Origin: an uncultured Chloroflexia bacterium
GTDB taxonomy: Bacteria; Chloroflexota; Limnocylindria; Limnocylindrales; CSP1-4
Direction of reading: 5' to 3'
DNA: 64,000 nt
Assembly: GCA_963766675.1 (NCBI GenBank)
Contig: CAVYBA010000003.1
Coordinates: 3,567 to 67,566, forward strand
Below, piece after piece: positions 9,607 through 20,484 of the stretch (positions within the stretch are counted from its first letter, which is position 1; each line of letters begins with the position of its first letter). Below the pieces are notes generated by a model. The model did no database searches. It was given only the letters and a program-made list of their open reading frames with translations, and had not been told where the DNA came from. The translations under genes were made by a program, and so were the position numbers.

Positions 9607-11187
9607 GTGACCAGCCGCACGCTCACCGTTGGCGGCAGCACCTACCCGCTGATCCTGCCGAAGTTGCGCGATCCGCGCCTCCATGTCGCTGGAGTGATCA
9701 TCACGATCCACGTCCTGGGCCAGGTCGGGCTCCACTTCCGGGTCAGCGTGCCCCAGATCCTGGCGGCGATCCTGACGACCGCGCTGATCGAGGTCGTCCT
9801 GACCTTCCGACAGAGTCGCTCGTTGGTGTGGCCGGCGAGCGCGATGCTGACCGGCAGCGGCGTCGCGCTGATCCTGCGGGTCGTCGGCACCAGCCCCGAC
9901 GATCCGTGGAACACCTCGTCCTGGTACGTCTTCGCGGGCATCGCCGGGCTGTCGCTGCTGACGAAGTACGTCATCCAGTATCGCGGCTCGCACGTGTTCA
10001 ACCCGTCGAACATCGGGCTGGTGCTGGCGTTCGTCGTGCTCGGCAGCTCGCGCATCGAGCCGCTCGACTTCTGGTGGGCGCCGCTGAACGGCTGGATGCT
10101 GCTGGCCTACGGGGTGATCCTGGGCGGCGGCCTGCTGATCACCCGGCGCCTGCACCTCCTGGCGCTGGCCGGGACGTTCTGGCTCGCGCTGTCGGCCGGG
10201 ACGGGTCTGCTGGCGGCTTCGGGCCACTGCATGACTGCGAACTGGGCGTTCGCACCGGTCTGCGGAGTCGATTTCTGGCGGGTCATCGTGACCTCGCCGG
10301 AGGTCATGATCTTCCTCTTCTTCATGATCACGGATCCCAAGACCGTCCCGGAGGGACGGGTCGGGCGGATCGTGTTCGGCCTCCTCGTGGCCGCCACCAG
10401 CACGCTACTCATGGCGCCACAGACCAACGAGTTCGGGGCAAAGGTCGGGCTCATCAGCGGCCTCGTCGTCATCGGCGCCGCCCGGCCGCTGCTCGACCGG
10501 CTCCTGCCCGAACCGCGGTCGACGGCGGACGACGTTCGGCGGTTCGCCTCGACCGTGGCGATCGGCGGCGCCGGGGCCGCGCGGGCCGCCCTTCGTCTCG
10601 GCCTGGCTGCCGTCGCGCTGCTCGTCCTGGGCGTCGCGGTCGTCGCCGCCGGGACGCCGGCGCGCGGTGTCGCCGTCGCGGACACGATGGAGGCGCTCGA
10701 TGCCGCTCCACGCGTCCTCGATCCGGGCACGCTGCCACCCATCTCCGTCTCGCAGAACGTCACGGACTTCGACCACACGATCGCCGCCGACGCCCCGGGT
10801 ATCCTGGTCACCCTGGCCCAGAACCTCGAGATCGAGAACCAGGCCCTACTGCGAACCGACCCGAGCCTGCTGACGGCCGTGGACCACGGCGATCGCCTCA
10901 AGGAGATGGAGGCCCGGCTCGCCGAGGCAGCCTCGTCTGGCCGGACCGTCGTCACGCACTACCGCTTCGAGACGGTGCACGTCGTGCTGATCGTGCCATT
11001 CGGCGTCCAGACCGGCGCCAGTCTCGGCTACCAGTCCCAAGGCACCCTCACCGAGGAGACCTATGACGCTGCGGGCGCGCTTCAGGCGAGCCGCACGTCG
11101 CCGTTCTCGGTGACGTTCGCCGTCCGCCGCGCGACCGGCGGGCGCTGGCTGAACGTCGCGGTGCTGCCACCCGGGACCGGCAGCTGA
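9607..11187 (+). CDS. RnfD/NqrB/UnbU-like polytopic membrane protein with soluble C-terminal domain
   Basis: HVFNPSNIG and FLFFMITDPKT motifs, multiple TM segments; start GTG 9607 inferred. Confidence 0.7.
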   Translation: MTSRTLTVGGSTYPLILPKLRDPRLHVAGVIITIHVLGQVGLHFRVSVPQILAAILTTALIEVVLTFRQSRSLVWPASAMLTGSGVALILRVVGTSPDDPWNTSSWYVFAGIAGLSLLTKYVIQYRGSHVFNPSNIGLVLAFVVLGSSRIEPLDFWWAPLNGWMLLAYGVILGGGLLITRRLHLLALAGTFWLALSAGTGLLAASGHCMTANWAFAPVCGVDFWRVIVTSPEVMIFLFFMITDPKTVPEGRVGRIVFGLLVAATSTLLMAPQTNEFGAKVGLISGLVVIGAARPLLDRLLPEPRSTADDVRRFASTVAIGGAGAARAALRLGLAAVALLVLGVAVVAAGTPARGVAVADTMEALDAAPRVLDPGTLPPISVSQNVTDFDHTIAADAPGILVTLAQNLEIENQALLRTDPSLLTAVDHGDRLKEMEARLAEAASSGRTVVTHYRFETVHVVLIVPFGVQTGASLGYQSQGTLTEETYDAAGALQASRTSPFSVTFAVRRATGGRWLNVAVLPPGTGS

Positions 11188-11264
11188 CGCGTGGACGGCG
11201 GCCTTCGGCGGAACCTGCGGCATACTCTCTGGGACCGTCCATCCAACGACAGGAGATCCGGGAC

Positions 11265-11882
11265 ATGGCACGAGACGAGGAGCGCCTCGCGCGCTCGAAG
11301 CAGGCACCAATCGTCGGCGGACTACCGGATGCCCCGGGCATCCTCGCGGCCATTCGCCTGACCCCGGGTCTCGGCGTCCACCTGCGTGGCCTCGCCGACG
11401 AGCTCCTCGTGAACGACTTCCCGGGGGCCACCCTGAAGCGACCGGAGCGGGAGATGCTGGCGACCGCGGTGTCGGCGGCGAACGACTGCTTCTATTGCAT
11501 GGACTCGCACGGGGCATTCGCCAGCGCGCTCATCGAGCGGTCCGGCCAAGCGGAGCTCCTGCCCCTGGTCGACACCATCAAGCTGGGATCCTCCGCCGGG
11601 CTGGACGACAAGATGTGCGCGCTGCTCCACATCTCGCGAACGGTGCGCCGCCAGCCGCTCGACCTGACCTCGGCCGATGTCGCCGCGGCGCACGCCGCAG
11701 GCGCCTCGGACGCCGACGTCCAGCTGGCGGTCCTGATCGCCGCCGCGTTCTCGATGTACAACCGGATGGTCGACGGGTTCCGGGCCCCGACCCCGCCGAG
11801 CGCCGAGGCATACCGGCCGCGCGCGGCCGAGATCGCGGAACATGGCTACAGCAGCCAACGGGTCAGGTCCGTGCCGGCGTAG
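11265..11882 (+). CDS. AhpD/carboxymuconolactone decarboxylase family peroxidase-related protein
   Basis: REMLATAVSAANDCFYCMDSHG (CxxC-H), FSMYNR.VDG. Confidence 0.85.
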   Translation: MARDEERLARSKQAPIVGGLPDAPGILAAIRLTPGLGVHLRGLADELLVNDFPGATLKRPEREMLATAVSAANDCFYCMDSHGAFASALIERSGQAELLPLVDTIKLGSSAGLDDKMCALLHISRTVRRQPLDLTSADVAAAHAAGASDADVQLAVLIAAAFSMYNRMVDGFRAPTPPSAEAYRPRAAEIAEHGYSSQRVRSVPA

Positions 11883-11993
11883 CCACTCTTCGCCCGCCAG
11901 AACCGCTCCGGCAACGGCTCGAATCCAGCCGAGACGCCGCAGGCGTAGGCTTGTCCCCCGCGGGCCGACACCGGCCTCGCTAACGAGAGGCAA

Positions 11994-12239
11994 GTGATGG
12001 CGGAACGACCAGCCGGTCCCACCGAGGTCCGCCCGAACACCCTCCAGGGCCAATCGATTCCGAACACGTTTCGCAGCGACATGGCAGGGCCCGCGTCTCG
12101 GCAGTACCTGAACAGCGGTGGCGGGAACAGCGCGCCGCCGACGCGGCTGTCGATCCCGGCCCTCCCGATTCGGACGTTCGTCATCCTGGTCGTCGTCCTG
12201 GTCGCCGTCGCCCTGTATCTCCTCAACGGCCAGCCATAG
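11994..12239 (+). CDS. Hypothetical small protein with C-terminal TM helix
   Basis: 81 aa ORF filling an intergenic gap, GAG-rich upstream, hydrophobic tail FVILVVVLVAVALYLL. Confidence 0.55.
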   Translation: MMAERPAGPTEVRPNTLQGQSIPNTFRSDMAGPASRQYLNSGGGNSAPPTRLSIPALPIRTFVILVVVLVAVALYLLNGQP

Positions 12240-12303
12240 GGCGTCGCGCCGTGGATGACGGAGACGCGTCCGCGGCGCATCGTTTGACGGTAGGATCGCC
12301 ACC

Positions 12304-15207
12304 ATGTCGTTCGTCCCGACGCCCGGGTCCGTGTCCGCGATAGACGTGGGTGCCGTACGGGGCGGCGCGCCGTTCTCGAATCGCGCGCGTGTCGAGTCCC
12401 CGCTGTCGACGTTTCTGCTGACGGACATCGAAGGCAGCACCCGCCTCTGGGAAGAACATGCCGCCTCGATGGGGGCGGCGCTCGGCCAGCACGACACGCT
12501 CCTGCGCCAGGCCATCGAGGACAACGGCGGCACCGTGATCAAGACGACCGGCGACGGCATGCTGGCCGTCTTCGCCGATCCCGTACCGGCCGTGGACGCC
12601 GCCGTTGCGGGGCAGCGAGCGCTGCGAGACGCCACCTGGGGCGAGACCGGCCAGCTGCGGGTCCGGATGGCGCTCCATGCCGGTTCGGCCGAGACCCGCG
12701 ACGGGGACTATTTCGGTCCCGCGCTCAATCGGGTCGCCAGGATCCTCGCGATCGGCCATGGTGGCCAGGTCATCTGTTCCGCAGTCGCAGCCGTCCTCGC
12801 CCGCGACGGGCTGCCCGCATCCGTCGACCTGCTCGACCTGGGATCGCATCGGCTCCGGGACATGGACCGGCCCGAGCAGGTGTACCAGGTGGTCGTGGAC
12901 GACCTTCCGCGGACCTTCCCGCCACTCCGGTCCCTGAGCACCCGCCGCTCCAACCTGCCGATCCAGTTGACCAGCTTCGTCGGACGGGAGCGACAGCTCC
13001 GCGAGGTCCTGGACCTGATCGGTCGTCATCGATTGGTGACGCTCATCGGAACCGGCGGGACGGGCAAGACTCGGCTGATGCTCGAAGCTGCCAGTCACCT
13101 GCTCGAGCGCTACCCGGACGGGGTCTGGCTCGCGGAGCTGGCGGCACTCGGGGAGCCGTCGCAGGTCCCCTCCGAGGTCGCGCGCGCGCTCGGGGCGCCC
13201 GAAACCCCCGGCGTCCCGGCGCTCACGACGGTGACCGCCTTCCTCGCCGAGAAGGAGCTGCTGCTCCTGCTCGACAACGCCGAGCACCTCGTCGACGGAG
13301 TCGCCCGCTTCGCCGAGCGGTTGCTCGGGAACGCCCCCGGGCTCCGGATCCTGACCACCAGCCGCGAGGCGCTCGCCGTTTCCGGCGAGGCCGTGCTCCA
13401 GCTCCAGTCGTTGTCCTGCCCGGTGGGTGGCGTCGCTCGCGCCGGGGTCCCGGAGGATCCGATCGACGTGGCGGAGGTTGCCTCGACGGAGGCCGTCCAG
13501 CTGTTCACCGACCGGGCCTCCGCGGTGGATCCCGACTTCCGGCTCGGCGCCGCCAACGTCGCGTCGGTCGCGGAGATCTGCCGGCGCCTCGACGGCATTC
13601 CGCTGGCCATCGAGCTCGCCGCCGCGCGCGTGTCGGCGATGTCGCCGGACGACATCGCTCGCCGGCTTGGGGATCGGTTCCGGCTGCTGGCGGGTGGGCG
13701 CCGCACCGCGGTTCCCCGGCAGCAGACGCTCCATGCGCTCATCGATTGGAGCTGGGATCTGCTGACCGACGAGGATCGCCGCCTGCTGCGGCGGCTGTCC
13801 GTGTTCACCGGCGGCTGGGCGGTCCCCATCGCCGCACGGATCGTCGGTGACGACCCGGACGGCATGGACCCGGTGGACCTGGTCGACGGCCTGACGCGCC
13901 TCGTCGACCGCTCGCTCGTGATCCTCGACCGGGGCGCCACGACGCGGTATCGGATGCTCGAGACGATCCGGCAATACGCCCGCGAGAAGCTCGTCGACGC
14001 CGGCGAGGCAGCCCGGCTGGCCGACCGGCACCTGGAGGTCTACGCGGCGCTCACTGCCTCGGCCGAGGAGCCGCTGCGCGGGCCCGCGATGGTGGACTGG
14101 CTCGATCGACTCGACGCGGAGCTCGACAACCTGGGTGCCGCGCTCGAGTGGGGCGTCGAGGCCGCTCCCTGGACGGCGGCTCGAATGGCCGCCGCGCTGA
14201 TGGGCTACTGGGCGGTACGGGTGATGTCACAGGACAACGATGCGCGGATCGTCGGCGTGATCGAGACCGTCAGGCGGCGCCTGGCCGATGGCCCCTCGCC
14301 CGACCCCGCCGACGAGGTGCTCGCGGCCCGGCTCCTCGGCGAGACCGCCCGCCTGTGGGCGATGACCGGGCGAGCCGTCACGGCCCTGCCGTGGGCCGAG
14401 GAAGCAGTTGCCCTGGCAGAAGCGACCGGCGATCCGACCGCACGGCTGTACGCCGTCGCCGGTCTCGGGATCGCCTCGGTGTTCGCAGGCCGGGCGGGCC
14501 CCGGAGGCACCGAGGCTCGGCGCCGTTTCGAGGAGGCGATCAACCTGGCCGAACGGCAGCAGACGTGGTGGATGCTTGCCCTTGCCGCGGGCTTCTCCGG
14601 TGCCGGCCTCGTTGCCTTCGACGAGGACGCCAGTCGCGACCTCCTGCGACGAGGTGTCGAGGCGGCGGCTCGATCCGGGAGCCCATACGCCATCGGCGCG
14701 GTCTCCATGGCGCAGGGCAGGGTGCTCGGGCGGCAGGGCGAGACCGACGCCGCGGTCGCGGCGTTCACGACAGGGATCCAGCGGTTCATGGAGCTCGGCG
14801 ACGAACGGTTCGTGCTCGCCGCGAGGAGCGACATGGCGCACGCGTTGCGACGCGGTGGCCGGCTCGATGAGGCGCTCGCCGTCTACCGCGAGACCATCGG
14901 CGGTTGGATCCACCTTGGGCACAAGGGCGCCGTCGCGAACCAGCTCGAGAACATCGCGTATCTCGAGGTCGATCGCGGTGGTCTGGATCGCGCTGTGCGT
15001 CTGCTCGGGGCCGCACACGCCATCCGGGAGATGGGCCGATCCGACATGGCGTTCGACGAGGTGCCCGAGCACGCGGCCTTCCTGGAGCGAGCCCGGCAGG
15101 CGCTGGACCCCACCGGGTTCGACCGGGCGTGGACCGCGGGGGTGGCGCTCTCCCAGGCCGACGCCGTCGCGCTTGCCATGACGGACGCGTCGGCCGAGCG
15201 AGTCTAG
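12304..15207 (+). CDS. Class III adenylate/guanylate cyclase - STAND NTPase - TPR regulator
   Basis: FLLTDIEGST, KTTGDG, YFGPALNRVAR; GTGGTGKT, LLLDNAEH, DGIPLAIELAAAR; helical repeats; TAGGAT 7 nt before ATG. Confidence 0.92.
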   Translation: MSFVPTPGSVSAIDVGAVRGGAPFSNRARVESPLSTFLLTDIEGSTRLWEEHAASMGAALGQHDTLLRQAIEDNGGTVIKTTGDGMLAVFADPVPAVDAAVAGQRALRDATWGETGQLRVRMALHAGSAETRDGDYFGPALNRVARILAIGHGGQVICSAVAAVLARDGLPASVDLLDLGSHRLRDMDRPEQVYQVVVDDLPRTFPPLRSLSTRRSNLPIQLTSFVGRERQLREVLDLIGRHRLVTLIGTGGTGKTRLMLEAASHLLERYPDGVWLAELAALGEPSQVPSEVARALGAPETPGVPALTTVTAFLAEKELLLLLDNAEHLVDGVARFAERLLGNAPGLRILTTSREALAVSGEAVLQLQSLSCPVGGVARAGVPEDPIDVAEVASTEAVQLFTDRASAVDPDFRLGAANVASVAEICRRLDGIPLAIELAAARVSAMSPDDIARRLGDRFRLLAGGRRTAVPRQQTLHALIDWSWDLLTDEDRRLLRRLSVFTGGWAVPIAARIVGDDPDGMDPVDLVDGLTRLVDRSLVILDRGATTRYRMLETIRQYAREKLVDAGEAARLADRHLEVYAALTASAEEPLRGPAMVDWLDRLDAELDNLGAALEWGVEAAPWTAARMAAALMGYWAVRVMSQDNDARIVGVIETVRRRLADGPSPDPADEVLAARLLGETARLWAMTGRAVTALPWAEEAVALAEATGDPTARLYAVAGLGIASVFAGRAGPGGTEARRRFEEAINLAERQQTWWMLALAAGFSGAGLVAFDEDASRDLLRRGVEAAARSGSPYAIGAVSMAQGRVLGRQGETDAAVAAFTTGIQRFMELGDERFVLAARSDMAHALRRGGRLDEALAVYRETIGGWIHLGHKGAVANQLENIAYLEVDRGGLDRAVRLLGAAHAIREMGRSDMAFDEVPEHAAFLERARQALDPTGFDRAWTAGVALSQADAVALAMTDASAERV

Positions 15208-15410
15208 CGAGACCCGGGGGGTCGAACCCGCGCATCGGACGTCGACGACGCGCGAGCCACCGCTCAACCGGGCGGACCCTGCCGAGCGAACGCGGCGGCA
15301 GTGTCCTGGCGCGGGGAGGTGGCTGGCCGACCGCATCCCGGGCGCGACATTCCGCCTCGCAACGGGCCAGGGCCACTTCTCGCTCGGCGAGGCGAACCGG
15401 GCCGGTTGCC

Positions 15411-17993
15411 TCAGGACGCGCGCCCCCGGTAGAAGAACCGCTTGGCGACCTCCGTCGCGACCACGTAGGCGACGGTGATGGTCGCCAGCGCGCCGAGGAC
15501 CCCGGCCGGCAACGGCTCGAGGCTGAGGATCGCACCCAGGGGGCTGTAGAGCACCAGGAGCGTGGCCACCAGGAGGCCGATGCTGGCCCAGGCGAGGAGG
15601 CGGCTGGGCCGGGAACGCAGGAAGGGGCGCCTCGTGCGCAGCACGAACAGCACCGCCAGCTCGGTCGCCACCGATTCCAGGAACCAGCCGCTCCGGAAGA
15701 GCGTGGCATCGGCTCCGAACCCGAGCCGGAGCACGCCAAAGGTCAGGAAGTCGAAGGCCGAGCTGACCAGCCCGAACACGATCATGAACGACCGTACGAA
15801 GCCGAGATCCCAGCTGTGCGGCCGATCGAGCTGCTCCGGGTCGACCAGGTCGGTGGCGATCGTGGTCGAGGGGAAGTCGGTCAGGAAGTTGATCAGCAGG
15901 ATCTGCCCGGCGAGCAACGGCAGGAACGGGAGGAGGACCGCCGCGCCGGCCATGCTCAACATGTTCCCGACGTTGGCACTCGTGGTGGTGAACACGTACT
16001 TCATGGTGTTCGCGAAGGTCCGACGGCCCTGCCGGACGCCATCGAGCAGGACGCGCAGGTCCTTGTCCAGCAGGACGATGGCCGCCGATTCCTTGGCCAC
16101 GTCGACCGCCGTGTCGACCGAGATGCCGACGTCCGCGGCGTGGAGCGCCGGCGCGTCGTTGATGCCGTCTCCGAGGTAGCCCACGGTCGACCCTGCGGTC
16201 CGCAGCGCCCGGATGACTCGTTCCTTCTGGGTCGGTTCGACCTCGGCGAAGATGGCCGTCCCTGCGGCTCGAGCGGCAAGCTCCGCGTCCGACAGCGAAT
16301 CGATCGCGTCGCCCGCCAGGACGCCGCTCGCATCGAGCCCCACGAGGCTGCCGATGTGCGCGGCCACGAGACGGTTGTCACCGGTGATCATGCGGACCGA
16401 GATGCCGCTGGCGGCCAGTTCCGCGATCGTCGCCGCGGCGTCGTCCTTGGGCGGGTCGACGAACGCGATGAACCCTTCGAATGTCATCGCGGTCTCGTCG
16501 GCCGGCGTCAGGCCGTCCCGTCCGGCGAGCTCACGTGTCGCCACGCCGAGCACCCGGTACCCGTGGTCGCTGAGGTCTCGGTAGCGGGCCCGGATGGCGG
16601 CCAGCCTCGGTGCGATCTCGACCGCGTCACCTGCCGCATCCCGGATGGTCGCCGAGACCCCGAGGACGCCCTCGAGCGCGCCCTTGGTGATCAACCTGGC
16701 GGGCTGTATCGCTCCGCCGACGTCGGTGACCTCGACCAGCACGCTGAGCCGCCGGCGCCGGAAGTCGTAGGGCAGCTCGGCGACCCGTCGACCGGCAGGT
16801 CCGTGTGCCGCGTCGATGATGGCCTGGTCGATCGGGTTCGTGAAGCCCGTCTGGAGCGTGGCGTTCAGCCAGGCGAGCTGCTTGACGCGATCGCTCTCGC
16901 CACCGTCGGCATCCAGCGCGCCCTGCAGCGTGACCACGCCGGACGTCATCGTGCCGGTCTTGTCGGTGCACAGGACGGTCATCGCGCCGAAGTCCTCGAT
17001 CGCGTCGAGCCGCTTGACGATCACCCGCTCACGGGCCATCAGGCGCGCACCCTGGGCGAGGCTGATCGTGACGATGGCCGGGAGGAGCTGTGGTGTGAGG
17101 CCCACGGCGAGCGCCAGCGAGAACAGGGCCGAGTCGATGAGCGGTCTGGCGAGGACGACGTTGACGGCGAAGATCGTCGCGACGAGGACGAGCATCACGC
17201 GCACGAGCAGGAAGCCGAACTCGGTCATGCCGCGTTCGAAACTGGTCGCCGGAGGCCGAGTCCGGAGCCGCGCCGAGACCCGGCCGAACTCCGTGCGGGC
17301 TCCGGTTCGCACGATCAGCAGCGTCCCGCTGCCGCTGGTCACGTGGGTGCCCATGAAGGCGCTGTTGGTCCGCCGCGCGATGGGAGCATCGGCCGATACG
17401 GGTTCCGTCGACTTCTCGACCGGGAATGTTTCGCCCGTCAGGGCGGCCTCGTCCACGGCGAGCTGGTTGGCGTCGACGATCAGGCCGTCCCCCGGGATCA
17501 CGTCGCCGGCGTTGAGCAGGACGACGTCGCCCGGCACGATCTCCGTCGACGGCACCTCGGCCACGCCCCCGTCCCGGCGGACCTCGACCCTGACCTGGAC
17601 CACGGCGAGCAAGGCCGCGACCGCCCGGGTCGCGCCACGCTCCTGCCAGAATCCGAGCAGGCCGCTCAGGATGATGATCGAGAGGATGATGACCGCGTCC
17701 GTCGCATCGCCGAGGACGCCCGAGATCGCCGTCGCAAATACCAGGATCCAGACGATCGGGCTCTCGAACTGGCGCAGGAGCAGCCGGAGGTCGTCAGTCC
17801 GGGCGCCCGCTCCGATCTGGTTTGGGCCGATGCGCGCGAGCCGGGCCGCGGCCTCCGTGCCGCTCAGGCCATCCGGCCCACTGCCGATGCGCTTGGACAC
17901 CTCGGCGACGTCCAGCGCCCAGAATCGAGCCACGCCGTCATCGTCGGCGCCTGGTGCTGGTACGGCGACCCTCGGAAGGGACGACGTTGGCAT
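15411..17993 (-). CDS. mgtA: Magnesium-translocating P-type ATPase
   Basis: DKTGT, LTGET, PQLLP, MITGD, GDGIND, P3B-like membrane segments. Confidence 0.9.
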   Translation of the reverse strand: MPTSSLPRVAVPAPGADDDGVARFWALDVAEVSKRIGSGPDGLSGTEAAARLARIGPNQIGAGARTDDLRLLLRQFESPIVWILVFATAISGVLGDATDAVIILSIIILSGLLGFWQERGATRAVAALLAVVQVRVEVRRDGGVAEVPSTEIVPGDVVLLNAGDVIPGDGLIVDANQLAVDEAALTGETFPVEKSTEPVSADAPIARRTNSAFMGTHVTSGSGTLLIVRTGARTEFGRVSARLRTRPPATSFERGMTEFGFLLVRVMLVLVATIFAVNVVLARPLIDSALFSLALAVGLTPQLLPAIVTISLAQGARLMARERVIVKRLDAIEDFGAMTVLCTDKTGTMTSGVVTLQGALDADGGESDRVKQLAWLNATLQTGFTNPIDQAIIDAAHGPAGRRVAELPYDFRRRRLSVLVEVTDVGGAIQPARLITKGALEGVLGVSATIRDAAGDAVEIAPRLAAIRARYRDLSDHGYRVLGVATRELAGRDGLTPADETAMTFEGFIAFVDPPKDDAAATIAELAASGISVRMITGDNRLVAAHIGSLVGLDASGVLAGDAIDSLSDAELAARAAGTAIFAEVEPTQKERVIRALRTAGSTVGYLGDGINDAPALHAADVGISVDTAVDVAKESAAIVLLDKDLRVLLDGVRQGRRTFANTMKYVFTTTSANVGNMLSMAGAAVLLPFLPLLAGQILLINFLTDFPSTTIATDLVDPEQLDRPHSWDLGFVRSFMIVFGLVSSAFDFLTFGVLRLGFGADATLFRSGWFLESVATELAVLFVLRTRRPFLRSRPSRLLAWASIGLLVATLLVLYSPLGAILSLEPLPAGVLGALATITVAYVVATEVAKRFFYRGRAS

Positions 17994-18068
17994 GGCTCAG
18001 CAAGCGTAGCGACCATGGCCGTCAACGGAGCCTCGGGATCGCTCCTTCACGGGCCGGTGCGGCCTCGA

Positions 18069-19844
18069 TCACGACTCCTTTCGGCTCTCGGCAAGCTCGC
18101 GCCCGAGTTGGATGTGCGTGGACGCGGGAACCTCGGCATGCACGTACTTCGCGCCGCGGAGCCACGAAGCGGCGGCGGCGACCAGGCTCATCGCGGCGGC
18201 CGCCAGAAAGACGATCGTCAGGCCTTGCTGGAATGGGCCGGTGAGCAGCTGTGGAAAGAAGGCGTGTCCGGTCAGGACGGCGGTCTGGGCCGACGGCAGG
18301 GCCTGGAGGACGCTCGCGGGCAGGAGCGACGCCACCGGGTTGTAGCCGAGGAGCGCGCCGAACAGGCTCGCGACGGGCGGCAGTGAGGCAACTGCGTGCG
18401 CGGGCGCGGCTGGCACGCCGTGCGTCGTCAGCCCGGCGTACAACGCCCCGGGCAGGGAGCCCGCCAGACCGACGATCATCAGCGAGAAGAAGATCCCGAT
18501 CGACACCACGAACCCGGTGTTCTGGAACGTCGCCGCCATTCCGGCGGCGGACCCACGCTGGCCGGCCGGCACGCTGTTCATGATCCCGGCCGTGTTCGGG
18601 GAGTTGAACAGTCCCGAGCCCAGGCCGTTGAGCAGCAGCAGCGCGGCGAAGACCGGGTAGGCGAAGTCGATCGGCAGCAACGTCAGGCCGAGGAACGACG
18701 CGGCGACGAGCAGCATGCCGCCGGTCGCAAACGGTCGCGCCCCGTGATGGTCCGAGAGGTAGCCAGACACCGGGCCGGCGATCAGGAAGCCCACGGTCAG
18801 CGGCAAAAGGTAGATGCCTGCCCAGAGCGGCGTGTCGACGAAGTCGTAGCCATGCAGTGGCAGCCAGATGCCCTGCAGCCAGATCACGAGCATGAACTGG
18901 AGTCCGCCGCGCCCGACCGAGCTGAGCAGGGCCGCGAAGTTGCCGGCGGCAAAGGCCCGGATGCGGAACAGGTCCAGGTGGAACAGCGGGTCGGCCACGC
19001 GTCCCTCCACCCAGAGGAACACCGCCAGGAGGCTCAGCCCGAGCACGATCAATACGACCACGAGCGGGTTCGTCCAGCCCATCGCCCCTCCACCATAGGG
19101 CTGGATGCCGTACGTGATCCCGATGAGCACGGCGGTCAGTCCGACGCCGAAGGTGAGATTGCCCCACCAATCGACATCGGCGTGGTGCCGCTCGCCAACG
19201 TCGCGCAACCGGAGGTAGGCCCAGATCGTGCCGATCACCCCGATCGGGACACTGACGAAGAACACGGAACGCCACCAGATCCCGGCGAGGAAGCCACCGG
19301 CGATCAGGCCGACGAATTGGCCGGCAATCGCCGCCACGCTGTTGATACCGAGCGCCAGGCCCCGCTGGTGAACGGGAAACGCGTCGGTCAGGATCGCCGC
19401 CGAATTGGCCATCAGCATCGCCCCGCCGACGGCCTGGAGGATGCGCATCGCGATCAACCAGAGCGCGCCATCGCCGCCCGTGAACGGCGTGGCAGCAAGG
19501 AGGAGGGAGCCCATCGTGAAGATCGCGAAGCCGGCGTTGTACATCCGGACTCGACCGTACATGTCGCCCAGGCGCCCGAACGACACGACCAGGACGGCCA
19601 CGGCCAGCAGATACCCCATGAAGATCCAGAGCAGGTAGCTCGTGCTCGCCGGCTCGAGCGGGTTGAGCCCGATCCCGTTGAAGATCGCCGGCAGCGAGAT
19701 GATGACGATCGAGCTGTTGAGCGCGGCCATCAGGACGCCCAGGGTCGTGTTCGACAGCGCGATCCACTTGTAGTGGGGACCCACCTGCGTGCGGGGCGAG
19801 TCCGGCCGGGGCGGCGCGGCCCCAGCCGGCCTCGAGCCCGTCAT
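18069..19844 (-). CDS. MFS transporter, DHA2 (14-TMS) family
   Basis: [35 protein letters not shown]. Confidence 0.92.
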   Translation of the reverse strand: MTGSRPAGAAPPRPDSPRTQVGPHYKWIALSNTTLGVLMAALNSSIVIISLPAIFNGIGLNPLEPASTSYLLWIFMGYLLAVAVLVVSFGRLGDMYGRVRMYNAGFAIFTMGSLLLAATPFTGGDGALWLIAMRILQAVGGAMLMANSAAILTDAFPVHQRGLALGINSVAAIAGQFVGLIAGGFLAGIWWRSVFFVSVPIGVIGTIWAYLRLRDVGERHHADVDWWGNLTFGVGLTAVLIGITYGIQPYGGGAMGWTNPLVVVLIVLGLSLLAVFLWVEGRVADPLFHLDLFRIRAFAAGNFAALLSSVGRGGLQFMLVIWLQGIWLPLHGYDFVDTPLWAGIYLLPLTVGFLIAGPVSGYLSDHHGARPFATGGMLLVAASFLGLTLLPIDFAYPVFAALLLLNGLGSGLFNSPNTAGIMNSVPAGQRGSAAGMAATFQNTGFVVSIGIFFSLMIVGLAGSLPGALYAGLTTHGVPAAPAHAVASLPPVASLFGALLGYNPVASLLPASVLQALPSAQTAVLTGHAFFPQLLTGPFQQGLTIVFLAAAAMSLVAAAASWLRGAKYVHAEVPASTHIQLGRELAESRKES

Positions 19845-20308
19845 TCGCCGACCTCGACGGTCTCGCGGGCGCCGGCGGCCATTGCTCCGACTAGCTGCTC
19901 CAGGAGCGCCGCGAGACGGTCCTGGTCGGCTCGCGAGAGCTGCTCGATGGCGTGCATCACCGAGCTCTCGCGGAAGATGGCCGTGTCGCTCAGCGCGGCC
20001 GTTCCGGCGGGCGAGAGCGACACCAGCGTGATCCGTCGATCCGTGGGATGTGCGGTGCGCTCGAGCAGTCCGGCCCCTTCAAGACGGTCGGCGAGGTCGG
20101 TCGTCGCGGACGCGCTCAACCCGACCGCGAGGGCGAATCGGCTGATCGGTGCCTCGCCCAGATCCTGAAGACGGCGCAGCGCGATGAGGTCGGCCACCGA
20201 GACGCCATGGCGGGCGGCGAGCTCCCGTTGCAGCGGCTCGGCCAGGGCCACGGCGCGCACGTAGGCGCGCAAGGCCCGTAGCGCCGTCTCGACATCGTTC
20301 GACACCAC
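19841..20308 (-). CDS. MarR family transcriptional regulator
   Basis: [18 protein letters not shown]; overlaps MFS start. Confidence 0.9.
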   Translation of the reverse strand: MVSNDVETALRALRAYVRAVALAEPLQRELAARHGVSVADLIALRRLQDLGEAPISRFALAVGLSASATTDLADRLEGAGLLERTAHPTDRRITLVSLSPAGTAALSDTAIFRESSVMHAIEQLSRADQDRLAALLEQLVGAMAAGARETVEVGE

Positions 20309-20484
20309 GACGGAGATCCTTTCGATCGGTCACATAGTCCGGAGTGTCGAAGTATATGGTCCAGGAGGCCCGCGGCGAAGTCCCCGGCTGTGCGTGGCGC
20401 GGGATCGTCGCCCGAGACCGGCACCGTGCCATCCGCCCCCGACGCCGCCGTTCCGGCAGTCGATCGGCTAGCGTTCCTGCCGTG

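Noticed and set aside
9607-11187. Rnf/Nqr respiratory complex
   Set aside because: No partner subunits nearby and no clear flavinylation motif.
15210-15232. GGGGGTCGAACCC, T-loop-like in reverse complement
   Set aside because: No CCA end or cloverleaf; too short to exceed chance.
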